From NCBI GenBank assembly GCA_051294905.1, contig CM119371.1, forward strand, positions 24,988,001 through 25,052,000: DNA of 64,000 nucleotides. The letters are read 5' to 3'. This DNA is from Botryllus schlosseri (taxonomy: Eukaryota). The notes under the pieces are model-generated. The model was given only the letters and a program-made list of their open reading frames with translations. It had not been told where the DNA came from and did not search any database. Of the stretch, positions 25,701-36,174 are shown piece by piece. The translations under genes and the position numbers were made by a program. Position 1 is the first letter of the stretch, and every line of letters begins with the position of its first letter.

Positions 25701-28700
25701 GCGCTGGTGATCAAGCAGAAGTAGAAGTAAACCTGTATATTGAGTGTCAATTAAAAGTAAAGTAGATATTTTCTAGATATGCTAGATCTGCTACACTTGA
25801 AAGTAGGAAATGAAGGTCTTTAAAAGACTTCTGTATGTAGTTTGCAGATGTAGAGTTTGTCGAGAAGTCGTAACTTTGAACAGTTATTCGAGGGTGGTTG
25901 CTTTATACCAAGCGAGATAAATTATGACACCGCAAATAGGTGAACAACAGTAGTGGTTCTCGAAAGCCGGTCTGCGGAAACGCGCCGGTGCCGGTCACTA
26001 GATATATTTAATTTTGTGCCATAATCGTTGAATGCAAGATGTTGGAGACAATTGTCCATAAAATAAGTAAAGCATCAAATTTTAAACCGATTTATAACTT
26101 CTTCGGCATTGTGAGGTAGGATTAGGCCTGGGAACACGTTCGATCTGGCTTGAAGTTACAGCAAAAACGCCATTCAACCGACAACCACAGCGCTGACTCG
26201 CGAAACCGTGCAGTTTGCACGATCATACATTTTAAATTCACCCGTTTGGTGGATTTGGTTTCATTTTTGAGAGTCTACCGGTAGGCCCAGTGTTGTTTGA
26301 AATCTAACCGGTCCGTGGGCTGAAAAAGGTTGAAAACCACTGGTTTAGAAGATATCAGAGCCGTGCTAGACGTTGGCATCTCACGAAAACAAATATATGC
26401 CAAGAGCCAAATGATTTTAGTACCGTCGATATACCATGAAACAACAGCAACAACATCTTGGTGCAATATTGGAACACACACATATGTATGTCTATCCGGT
26501 TACCGAGGCACCCCGGTTATTACAGTAGTTATGAAAATTTTATTCATAAAGATGGTGCGAGCATATCTCAAAACTACTTGCTACTTTACAATAGTCACCC
26601 CACAAGAGTAATTAGTTTCTCCTAACAAACTGTTATGGAGAAGTAGAAGTTGGGTAGATAATACCTAACCACTTGAATGAGTAGTGGATATATGATGAAA
26701 AACCTACGTGATTACTCCTTACTTCTTAAGGTACGATATTTAAAAACAGCTTGTAAACTACAGATCTGGGTTTGCCCCGCTTTTGCCTTGATGAAGGCTA
26801 ATCTAATTTATAGATGTTCCCGAGCAACAAGGAACACCGATTGTGTTAATTGTGCTGAGCGTCGGTCTTGGGATACTGGTGTTCGTACTCATGGCGTTCG
26901 TTGCGAAAAGGTACTGCTGCGGTGGAAAGAAAAAGGGAGGCACTGCAGAGTATACAGGTGCGATTCATTTTGCAACAGCTGAAATTGTTTACGTTGTGGA
27001 TATCATTAGTCATCTCGTTCAACCGTACTGTTGGATCCACAAATACGATCATTACGTGTGCTTGTTTCAATTTCATACGTAATTTTCTGCCCATATCAAC
27101 CAAGCTCCGTGCTAGATGGTGATTCAGCGGATAATAAATTCACTCAATCGTAACAAGAGCTGGGTAAAGTTCTAAACATTACTACTCAAGTAGAAGTAGA
27201 AGTAACGGCCTTCCTTTCTACTCAATTAAAAGTTGACGTCGGTGTCCCCGGAGCCTGAAAACAACGCAGGTAAGTAGTGTCCAAACGTGGATTTAGTTGA
27301 GGCGTCGCAGTAAATCAGGGTGGGCCTATTTCCAGATTGCAAGATATACCTCCGTGACTAACGCAAAATGACCAATGACACAGAAAATAGACACACTCTT
27401 TGAAAATAGAGCCAGTAGCTGTAATAACGCGGGTTGAACGTAATTTATACTGATGATTAAACGTAGTTCATATGGCAATTTCACTAGTAAATGCGATGAG
27501 AGCTCTAGTCACAAAACTACCTCATACTTATAAAAGTCCACGCTATTAAAAGTAGGTATTGTTACCTAAAATATGTAGTGGTCGAAGTGGAGGTATTTTA
27601 AAACACAAACCCGTGAGTTTGTACTGCATGTCGTCTAAACCTACTTGGGTACCACGATCGTATTGAAATAAACACGAATATTTTCGGCTGACACTCGTCA
27701 GGAGTAATCGTCAACTAGTTGAGAATTGGAAATGACATTGTATATTAAAAAGTTGTATCTCAAAATATGACGTCCCCAGCATGAAATTTGGAATAAGAGA
27801 GCGTTCAATGTACTATTTCAGATGGTACACGAACTCCTTTTGTTGACACATCCGTGGCTGGTGTATTTTGAAATAAGTCGACTTCAAGGCAAAGAAATGA
27901 AAGAGTGAACCGCCTCTTTCCAATACGCGAAATCTTTCGTATTGCTAATTTTTCGCACAGGCGGGATTATACAACATGTGCTTGCCAATGTCTGAATTAA
28001 TGGCCTTTGATTGCTGCCCATCAAGCTTGAGGGGATGAGCCAAGTGTAAAATGTCGAAATTTCATGCTGGCGACGTCATATTTTGAGATACGATTGTTTA
28101 TATACAATGTTCTTTCCCATTTTCTAAGTTGCAGACGATTACCCCTGACGAGTGTCAGCCGAAAATATTCGGTTCATTTCAATATTAATATACTATACTA
28201 TTTAATTGTATATTGAAGTTCTGTACCTCCAAGAAGCTCTACGAATTATTTGAGGAACTTCACCACTGACCTACTTCCGATCATAATCCATTTTGATGAC
28301 TTGATGACTAGACGCGTATGCTGAATACGAACAAGGCATAACGCCCTACGTTCCTATACATATACATGAAGGCATAATTTGGATTATAATGTTGTACTCG
28401 ATTTATACCGCGGTATAAGTCTGAGTGTGGTGATTCGGTACCACTGAGGTAGGTTATGGTTTGGTTTGCCATGGGTGTATATTCACACCCGTATATCGGG
28501 GAGATGGAGTAAGCGGGGGGATATACACAACACACTCTTTACGCTGAGAGTGAAGGATGAACGATAAAAGCAATGAATTTCATCTATTATTATCCAACAA
28601 CGTCGATGTCCGTAACAGCTTGTAGACCCGCGTGTAATGAAAGTTGCATATCAGATATTCACTGAAACTGTTATTTATTTGCAGCCGGTCACCAAGACGG

Positions 28701-29327
28701 AACAGACTTGATATAATTGAAGGAAGATGTCTTTGCACTCTTGGACTAACAATCAGCAGATTTATAATGAATAGGCCGTTCACAGTGTGCTGTATGGACA
28801 TATGTCAGAACATTTCTACCCGAAACCCGGTTTCAATCATTCAATGCAGACAAATCCGTGCCGATATCAATCGAATCGTTCATAGAAGTGCGGGCTCAAA
28901 CTAACTTGAATTTATATTAGGAAAGTTGTTGCTGTTATTTGTATTTGACAAAATAAGGCCATTGATCCATGTGAAATAATACACTACGCAATGGTATAAT
29001 ATAGACATATAGCTGGGCATCGTTATATGTTCAGGCAAGTCGAGTTTATTAATTTTGCTTTCAGCTTTGTATTCCCGAGTAGTCGTGATTATATCAAAAT
29101 GATTGTTAGTAATTTATTCAATAGATAACGAACCATTTCAGATTCTACGACGTTTATACTAATGCCACTATCACTTCTACAACTACAGTATTATAGTTAT
29201 ACCTTTTAATATAAAGCCCGCATTATGTTATCAAATGCATAATGCATAATAAATAACAATGAAATCTTATTATATTTCAATAGTGTCAGCGGACCTGCCT
29301 CGTAAAGAAGCCGGGGTCAGAGTGTAA
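4656..29327 (+). CDS. Tandem two-domain, single-pass membrane alpha-carbonic anhydrase gene (16 visible exons, 5'-incomplete, ~680 aa)
   Basis: join(4656-4709,7624-7791,9469-9626,11906-12062,13280-13437,16295-16436,16566-16616,20025-20189,20685-20851,22012-22204,23278-23435,24449-24559,24622-24651,25470-25605,26814-26957,29284-29327). All introns are GT-AG with compatible phases and there is no internal stop. Two copies each of [34 protein letters not shown] and N(F/Y)RP.Q, then a TM helix. Confidence 0.88.
7624..7791 (+). CDS. CA domain 1 exon ([22 protein letters not shown]...LVNNGHS)
   Basis: QSP.NI and NNGH (His64-equivalent) motifs; cag/gtaagt boundaries; phase 1/1. Confidence 0.95.
9469..9626 (+). 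CDS. CA domain 1 exon (QLHFHW...GSEHTIDG...VE)
   Basis: Equivalents of Zn ligands His94/His96, plus Glu106 and Glu117; ttgcag/gtagc boundaries. Confidence 0.96.
11906..12062 (+). CDS. CA domain 1 exon (MHIVH...[10 protein letters not shown]...)
   Basis: His119-equivalent MHIVH and the DGLAVL motif; cgcag/gtaag boundaries. Confidence 0.95.
13280..13437 (+). CDS. CA domain 1 exon ([27 protein letters not shown]...ISQAQ)
   Basis: GSLTTPPC (Thr199) motif; acag/gtaat boundaries. Confidence 0.96.
13828..15086. mobile_element. hAT (Buster/Charlie-like) MITE hosting a nested element
   Basis: TIRs CATTGGTTCTCAAACT / AGGTTGAGAACCGCTG; TSD aactaaac/aactatac. Confidence 0.7.
14179..14976. mobile_element. 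hAT (Buster/Charlie-like) MITE
   Basis: TIRs CAGGAATGGGCAACCT / AGGTTGCCTACCTCTG; perfect 8-bp TSD TATTAGAT. Confidence 0.85.
15570..15793 (-). mobile_element. tRNA-derived SINE
   Basis: Minus-strand head GTGGCGAGTCTAG...GCAGGTTCGAGTCC (A/B-box-like), a non-tRNA body and a short CATTA-like repeat tail. Confidence 0.55.
16295..16436 (+). CDS. CA domain 1 last exon (LKRFQRL...[21 protein letters not shown])
   Basis: NFRPVQP motif; no stop codon; ends at a gtaagt donor in phase 1. Confidence 0.92.
16566..16616 (+). CDS. Linker / CA domain 2 first exon ([17 protein letters not shown])
   Basis: ttacag/gtatga boundaries, phase 1/1, WTY motif. Joins domain 1 to domain 2 in frame. Confidence 0.85.
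17665..18873 (+). mobile_element. 5'-truncated CR1/L2-clade LINE (reverse transcriptase C-terminal part, ORF 17687-18562)
   Basis: [17 protein letters not shown] and YLGIQID.KLSW motifs; 3' end AATAAA followed by an (ATTG)n tail. Confidence 0.92.
19160..19908. mobile_element. Degenerate hAT-type MITE
   Basis: CAGTGGTTATCAAC...GGTCCGC start and GGTCCGCG...TGAGATCCACTG end; TSD not clear. Confidence 0.5.
20025..20189 (+). CDS. CA domain 2 exon ([18 protein letters not shown]...VVNNGHA)
   Basis: QSPINI and NNGH motifs; ttcag/gtgag boundaries. Confidence 0.95.
20685..20851 (+). CDS. CA domain 2 exon (QLHFHWG...GGSEHT..GKRYPAE)
   Basis: Zn-ligand histidines and SEH motif; ttttag/gtagg boundaries. 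Confidence 0.96.
22012..22204 (+). CDS. CA domain 2 exon (MHIVH...[10 protein letters not shown]...KVRYA)
   Basis: MHIVH motif; tacag/gtatg boundaries. Confidence 0.95.
23278..23435 (+). CDS. CA domain 2 exon ([22 protein letters not shown]...ISVNQ)
   Basis: GSLTTPPC motif; ttccag/gtggg boundaries. Confidence 0.96.
24449..24559 (+). CDS. CA domain 2 exon ([37 protein letters not shown])
   Basis: gcacag/gtaaat boundaries, phase 0/0. FMALERL aligns with LKRFQRL of domain 1. Confidence 0.75.
24622..24651 (+). CDS. 30-nt micro-exon ([10 protein letters not shown])
   Basis: Strong pyrimidine-rich acceptor atttctttcag after a 62-nt intron; AAG|gtaaaa donor; phase 0/0. Confidence 0.6.
25062..25225 (+). 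mobile_element. tRNA-derived SINE with MetaSINE-like core
   Basis: GGTAGCGTTATGG (A box), GGTTCAATACC (B box), then GGTCATATCAAAGAC...GGTA...GCTTCCCCGCTTGGCGATCAGCATTA. Confidence 0.65.
25470..25605 (+). CDS. CA domain 2 C-terminal exon (...[20 protein letters not shown]...)
   Basis: NYRPLQ.L..R.V motif; ccag/gtaaa boundaries. Confidence 0.88.
25951..26342. mobile_element. hAT-type MITE
   Basis: TAGTGGTTCTC...CCGGTCTGCGG start; CCGGTCCGTGG...AAAAAGGTTGAAAACCACTG end. Confidence 0.55.
26814..26957 (+). CDS. CA transmembrane exon ([48 protein letters not shown])
   Basis: ~22-aa hydrophobic helix followed by basic stop-transfer residues; phase 1/1. Confidence 0.85.
27661..28184. mobile_element. 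Long-TIR MITE (~130-bp inverted arms)
   Basis: TATTGAAAT...GAATATTTTCGGCTGACACTCGTCAGG...CCAGCATGAAATTT is mirrored at 28058-28184. Confidence 0.8.
29284..29327 (+). CDS. Probable terminal CA exon ([14 protein letters not shown])
   Basis: tatatttcaatag acceptor, phase-compatible short GC-richer ORF ending in TAA. No homology support. Confidence 0.55.
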
Positions 29328-30434
29328 GCCACTCGCACGTAGTGATGTGATTTTTGACTCGTGTAGAAAACTATCACTATCATTCCGGTTATGATTTGAA
29401 ACCAATTATCTCAACAATTGTAATCAAATTGGTCATCTAGTGTTTTACTAATTCCTTGTTATGAATATCTAATATGCTGTTACCTTTTTGAAACAAAGAT
29501 ATGCTACCGCAGAAGCTCTTACGCTGACGCGAATATGATCAGTGTTTATTCCGGATTGGAGGGGATTTTCCAATAACGCGCGAATGGTATCTTTGTGTTT
29601 TTGCATTGTATGTCACAATGGGAGAGTGGTAACACTGAGGGTGTTCAGAGAAGTTTTGTGTCAATCTACCAGAGATGAACACTCAAGTATGAGCATTGCT
29701 TCAAGAGTAGCAGATGAAGAAGCAACCTCTGACATATGTAAGGATAAATTTTTGGTAATTGTGGCGAGTGGATGGGCTGAATAGTGCTCAGGTAAGCATA
29801 GTTGTAAAAGTCAGATTAGGACGAACCGTTGAATACAATCAGGACGTTCATAGGAATGATAAAATGACATCTATATTGACCGATATATGTACGCTTTGAT
29901 AAAATGTCCAGTTCCTTCGAGACAATCCTTGAGAGAGGATACTGCACTTCCCATACCAATAGATCGATTTTTAATAACGGCCGGCGACGTGTCTAAGTAA
30001 ATTTCAGGTGCCAACTGCCGATCCCTACAACCAGCCTGGGATTGAGATGGAAGTAGAAAAATGTCAGATACCAGCTTCTTGGCCCGGCTCCACGAGGATG
30101 TGTGGCAAACGGGATTGGCGCACGTTCATGTACGAGCTGATGAAACTGATATCCCCCACCTTGTTCAATATTTTTATAGTACCAAATATTCCTCAGAACT
30201 CAGAATTATATCGCGGTCATAAATCCTACTAGATTACCTTCTTACGTGCAGTCGCGCATGCATTATTTGGATTAAAATGTTGTACTCGATTTATACCACA
30301 GTGGAAGTCTAAGGTATGTTCTGGTTTCGTGTGGGATGTATAATTGTGTATTCATAACCGTACATCAGGGGTGGTATACACGGGTGCAAATATACAATAC
30401 ATACTCTATTCGCTAAGAGTGTAGTCTGCGCTAT

Positions 30435-31490
30435 GAGAAAATATTTTTGTATCTTTGATTCCACCGAAATGGAATTCAACTTTCCACGGGAGATATGAAA
30501 GCCTACTCCAAGCACACAATTCGCTTGAGATTATGTTTCATGCGATGGTCTCGTTCTGGCTAAATCTAATATGAATGCGACCAAATCGCGGCTAAAATAA
30601 TCGAAAATCCCAAGAAATATGCTTATGCGGTTCACACATCTTGAATTTCATATTACTCAGTATAGGCTAATTTAAACGTCACGTAGACTTAATGTGTTTT
30701 ATCAAATTGTGCTCTAGTGTACTTAATTGCAATCTAAATCAATAAATGCAAGAAAACTGTTTTCCTGCCGTTATCAAACGCAATACAAGTATGCAAGAGA
30801 ATATAGAATTGGGGTAGTGCGCGACCCAATCTTACGCTCCGTATCCTCTCTCGATCCCAGCCTTGCAGATCTAAAAATGCATTTTTAATGTTGTATCTTC
30901 GATTCTAATGTAATTGAATTCAACTTTCCACGGAAGTGATGAATAAAGAATATACACGTATGTACTTCAGGCACACAATGCGATGGTATCGTTCTGACCC
31001 AATGTAATGTTAATGCGACGCAATCGCAGCTAAAATGATCAAAGATTAAAAATAAATCTGCCGATACAGTTAAGACATCCTGAATATCGTATTACTGTAT
31101 AATTAAAATTTCGTGTTTACGTGGCATTTTATCAAGATTTCGGATTAGTTTGCCTACACCATTTGCATCCGGATCAATAGATTTGATTCTCCTGTATGAC
31201 GTTATCATGCGCATTGCAAGTACTCCTCAGAATATATATAGCAATGCAGATGTTTGATGCTTCTTGGTAGTGATAGGTGCGTGATGTGACCGTAGTGCCA
31301 GATGTCGAATAGGATAATAGTAGCAAAGCTAGTAGGAAATTTCCCATGTATGGATTATGTGGATGGAGCGAACATTAGGTTGACGTTCATGTTCGGTATG
31401 TGATCCTCGGTAATTCAGAGAAGAGGTTCTCCGACATTTGTTACCATCTCTCGATCCCAGCCTTACACATCGGAAAATGCATTTTTATGT
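30435..31490. repeat. Degenerate tandem duplication (~440-600-bp period)
   Basis: GAATTCAACTTTCCACGG and GCGATGGT.TCGTTCTG...AATCGC.GCTAAAAT each occur at ~30470/30915 and ~30540/30980. TCTCTCGATCCCAGCCTT occurs at ~30846 and ~31447. Confidence 0.7.
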
Positions 31491-33576
31491 TTGGACGTAA
31501 CTTTTCGACGCGCTTGTATGAATAGGCTCAAAAACAACCAGTTGTGTGCTGAGCAATTCTGTGAAACGGGATTCATCAAAAAAATTCATTGTATCAGTAA
31601 CGTTGATGTAACTAATATTCATCCTTCATAGTGATATACAAGTCATTTATATTTTGCACTATGCGTACATTGAATATCGGTGAAATCTTACCGTGACATC
31701 TAACCGACTTTAGACGGTTGGGCACATTTGTCACGTTCAAACCATATTCTCGTAACAGCTGATTTTTGCTTGTCAATCATTGGCTATGGTAAAGAACTCC
31801 GTGGATTTGAAAATGCAGAGCAACCACAGGAAAATGCGTGCAAGCGCGAACACTATTCAGCAAATATTACATATATACTGTCGCTCAGGTGCATTGGCGA
31901 CCTTACTTTATGCCCCTCGCGGCCAATACTTTACTAACAACTGATTTATAGGTTTGCGTTTGGAAACAATTTTTAGTCGGGTCGTTGTCACGGTCGTGTT
32001 AACAGTGATGGAAATCAATTCACCATTCGTACTGAACTAAACCGAACGTACTCATCATTCCTAACTATAAATCTACATGGGTTTCTATTAGGTTTACCAT
32101 CAATAAACCACGGTACCGCAGGATGGCACCAGGATAATACTTATCTCTGATATGTTTCTATGGTCACTTCGTAATCAGTTATGGTATTGTTATAGAGCCT
32201 GCGACTGGAGCAAAAGTGTTGTAAAACTGCCAAGCCGAAGCTAGTGTCGCACTGATTAATAATATATGAATAAATATAACAATCCGGTTATGTCATCGCA
32301 ACTTACTCCAAAATTGGCTTTAATAACAGAAAATCGGTATTGTGCCGAACGATTCCAATTTCTTCTTCAAACAGGTTGGCTAAGCGTGCAGTCACGTTTC
32401 CGCATCTAGCTGTAGGCGTGTTTTCTGCTATGACATGCGTTTATATCTTATCCTGGACTTAGGGTATATAAATGCTACAAAAGTGCACATTAATGACGAG
32501 ATTTGACTCGAAGCAAAGCAGGGAAGTGTGTGTGATTGCGGTTCTGGCGAAATTTATTTAACGATATTTCATTCGCAACAATCTAACATTGTCATGAAAA
32601 CTGATTATTCTTGGTAATATGATACGTATTACGTCGTCAAGTCAAGTGTAACTAGATATATTTTGCGATATAAGTGTTCATTATGCATGCTGCACACATT
32701 TTGTTACTGAATTATTTAACCGGCGTGATTGTGGTTAGGATTGTGAATTATTCAGAATAAGCTCGAGCCGATCACGATGTTAAATCATGCAAAACACTTT
32801 TTAATTATTCCTGCCGGCCGGATAATGGAGTAGCGTTTTCCAGATCATTCCATAATTCGTAGAACCGGTAAATGAAAAGTTGCTATGTTGTCGTAGTAGA
32901 TAATTATGACTATCATATTAGTTGAGACTTTGCTTATATATAGAGAGAGAGAGGGAGAGAGAGATTTCAATTGTTCCTAACCGGTGTACATCGCGATGCA
33001 TCTCAGGAGTTCCGAACGGTTTAAGAGACATCCTTAAGTGATACCTAGTATTTGTCATCATACACCACTCGCCAGTCTTCGCGATCATGGGTTGCAGATG
33101 ATGAGACCCAATGACTTGTTGAATTGTGGCTTATTGCTGTTTGAGGTATACATGGTGTTTGTCGACTACTATGGTCATTTACATCAGGCCGATTTTCTTC
33201 ATCATCATTCCGTAGCTGCCGGCTCGTAGCACGGCGCGCTTCTAGGCGGCTTTTATAAGACAACGATTACACGGCTGAGATGGCGAGGAGGAGCCTAGAT
33301 AAACATCCAACACTTAGGTAGGATTTCTGGAGTCGACCGCGGTCTGACTCGGAGCCGCAACCCATTTGTGTTGCATCAACGGATTATAACCCTACGTTAT
33401 AACTCGCCACTAAACTTTGACTGTTGTTGTGGTACGTCTGTTGCAGTGGCGTACGCAGTACGAAATCGAAACCATGTCCTTATAAAATGACAATTCCACC
33501 ACAAATATTTATATTCTCATTTGTAATTACGCAATTGTTATCACGGTGTTGCGTTTCGATCGACCAATGCGATGAC

Positions 33577-35804
33577 CAATGTTCCCTCTAAGCTGCGCAC
33601 GTGCGCAAATGCGCAGTGCTGAAGCGGTCTCTGCGCACAGAAAATATAAGTTGCGCACAAAAAATCCGAAGTGATGTTTTTTTTAAGTCGTTGCGCACTG
33701 TTGTCCAAGGGACCACGCGGGCGCGCAAACTCGTGAAAAGTTAGAGGGCACATTGCCAGGGGCAAATAGTGTTATCGCTGAAGTATTACACCCAGGTACA
33801 AGTGCGGCCCGCAAAGGTAAATATTTCGCTCCGTGAAGAAATGAGACTTTGCAATCACGAGCGCCTAACGAAAAATCTTTTCTTTTAGTATGGTCTCGTA
33901 CGCGTGGTCGATACTGATATCATTTCAATAGCGCATTATTTTCTGGGAATGGCGAAATAACATGGTTTAACAAAGTCATAAATAACAATGGGCTAGCTCG
34001 TTGTTAATCTGCGAGAAACTAGCTCATTGTCTTCTCCGCGTGTCATGAACATTGCGTAAGATTTCCTCAGGACCGTAACTGCCGCACGCCAAACCCTCAA
34101 TTAGGGGGCCGAGATCGAAGGGAGCCCAAAATTATTTCGTGAATTAACATAAATCATGGTGTATTTTTGGGAATTTTTCAAAATATTTTTCGCGCCGGGC
34201 GCGAATTAATTTTGTCAAATATCTTCATTATTGGGTACCCTTCCCTTCATCGTCATCATCATCATCATTGGTTTATTAGCAATTTTGTCAGTTCAATACA
34301 CCACAAAAATGCGATACAATGAAAAGAAAGGAAGATGTTGAAGCGACTAGGAGTTGTCTATGGAATCGGACACCCACCTTGACCTAGGCGATGTAAAGAG
34401 GAGGCATGCACACTGAATGAAAGTAAAGAAGATAGTATAGAAAAAGGAAGCGACAAGAAATAGGGCGGCATGTCATGGGAAGCGAGATCGATAGGTCAGT
34501 CGTGGTCCGGAAATCTTGAGGATGGACTGTATTTATTTAGTAGTAATTGCTTGTATTTCGACTTGAATGTGGACATGCTCGACGACTGCCTGATGGCCGG
34601 CGGGATACTGTTCCACACATCAGGTCCGGCATATGTGATAGAGCGATGATCTTTTCGGTCGATCATATGATATTTGGACGACGTGGACGCGCGTGTGTTG
34701 TACTTGTGCGCTTTTGATTCAGAGGTAAAGAAGTCAATAAAGTATTCGGGGAAACGACCGCAGTGAAACTGATACATAAACTTGGCGATTTCTAGTATCC
34801 GCATATCTTCTATGTTTAGGACGCCGAATCTCTTCAGCAGCGACTTATTGGATGGGCAGCCGGGCCCCTTTGGGGCCCTAGCTATGATTCGGAGTACTTT
34901 ATGTTCTAGTTTCTGCAGTGGCTTGAGTGCAGTTTTACTGGCAGCCCCCCAACAGAGGGTGCCACAACAAAAAATACGCGTGATTAAGAGAAATGGGCAC
35001 TTGGGCGTCGGCCATTACCTTGCCACGACTCACCAAGACATATGAAGTTATAGGCTATGTGACATGCGACTCCAAGAAGTGCGCCAAAACGATCAGCAGC
35101 GAGAAAACCTTGGCCGAAAAGGACTGCCCTATATGCTGACCGAAAACTTCGATTCATACATATAAGTTTAATTGTCCATGCGTAAATGGCTAGCGTTGAA
35201 TGTTCCTGTGCTGGCGATCCGAGTCCCACAACAAGACAAATGCCATGTCGAGGGCACGTTATTTGCCAGTAGAGAAATACCAATTTTAAATCGTGTTCGT
35301 GTTTTAGTTTAGTACGTTTGAGCGATTTCAATGTCTTTTGACATAGCCGATAGGAGGTCACGAAATAGCATCATGTAACGAAGTCATTATATACCCACGG
35401 GTGCGCCCGAAGATGTTTAATTAATATTTAGAGGACCTACCTTTTCTAACACACCGCACTCGATCAGCTTTACCGGTAAATCTGAATATGTGAGCATAGA
35501 GAGGATAAAAATTGACAGCAATAGATATATGCAATGATCATATTGACCGATTCAATCATGAATCATATCTATAAAATTTTCGCGCTTCGCGCGTTCAGGC
35601 AACACAACAACCAAACCGGTCTGCGATTTAGAAAATAAGTATCGGCAAAAAGCGCAGAGCCCGATGGGGGGTCTGGGGGGCGAAGCCCCCCATAAGTTTG
35701 GTTTATCACGGTATGTGGGGGGCTGGTTGCGCACTATTGTCCAAGGGCCTGCGCAGTGAGTTAACGTGTTTGCGCAGACTCGTGAAAAATTAGAGGGAAC
35801 ATTG
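33577..35804. mobile_element. Composite non-autonomous hAT element
   Basis: TIRs CAATGTTCCCTCTAA / TTAGAGGGAACATTG; perfect 8-bp TSD GCGATGAC. Confidence 0.85.
34248..34990 (-). mobile_element. 5'-truncated CR1/L2-clade LINE 3' end
   Basis: Minus frame CWGAASKTALKPLQKLEHKVLRII...AKFMY...HKYNTR...SITYAGPDVWNSIP; AATAAA followed by an (ATG)n tail. Confidence 0.85.
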
Positions 35805-36174
35805 GCGATGACACTTTACAAGATTAAGACTCGAATTTCGTAACTGATATCCGAAATGGAATAGCTGTGATCCCCTTTCAGTTTTGCAATAAATTGTGAC
35901 ATTGCAAAAAATATGAATGATTCCACGAGGGCTTGCAGATTAGCATAAATTTTTCGAGGACTACTAACTGTTTTGAACCACTGATATGGTAGTTATACTT
36001 TTACGCTCTAGTAAAGTTTCTAAATATAGCGGCGACGTATATTTTGATCAACAAAGCTTGGTGTTTATGTTAGTAGGTCAGATTCAGGTCGGGACAACTT
36101 AAATATAACAGGCAATGAGTAATGTTGCTATGTGACATTATTGACAGTTTCTGCCCTTTTCCATACATATAGTT

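Noticed and set aside
27233..27269. Alternative terminal CA exon (VDVGVPGA*) with gtaagt donor
   Set aside because: Weak acceptor, and it lies within a dispersed AAGTAGAAGTA-rich repeat also seen at ~13580, ~25700 and ~26600.
32340..32615. CCAAT plus TATATAAA promoter with a possible short first exon
   Set aside because: These motifs are common in AT-rich DNA, and I could not link them to a downstream exon.
33045..33263. Possible RTE-LINE C-terminal remnant (HDREDWR) on the minus strand
   Set aside because: Only one short motif; no RT motifs or recognisable tail.
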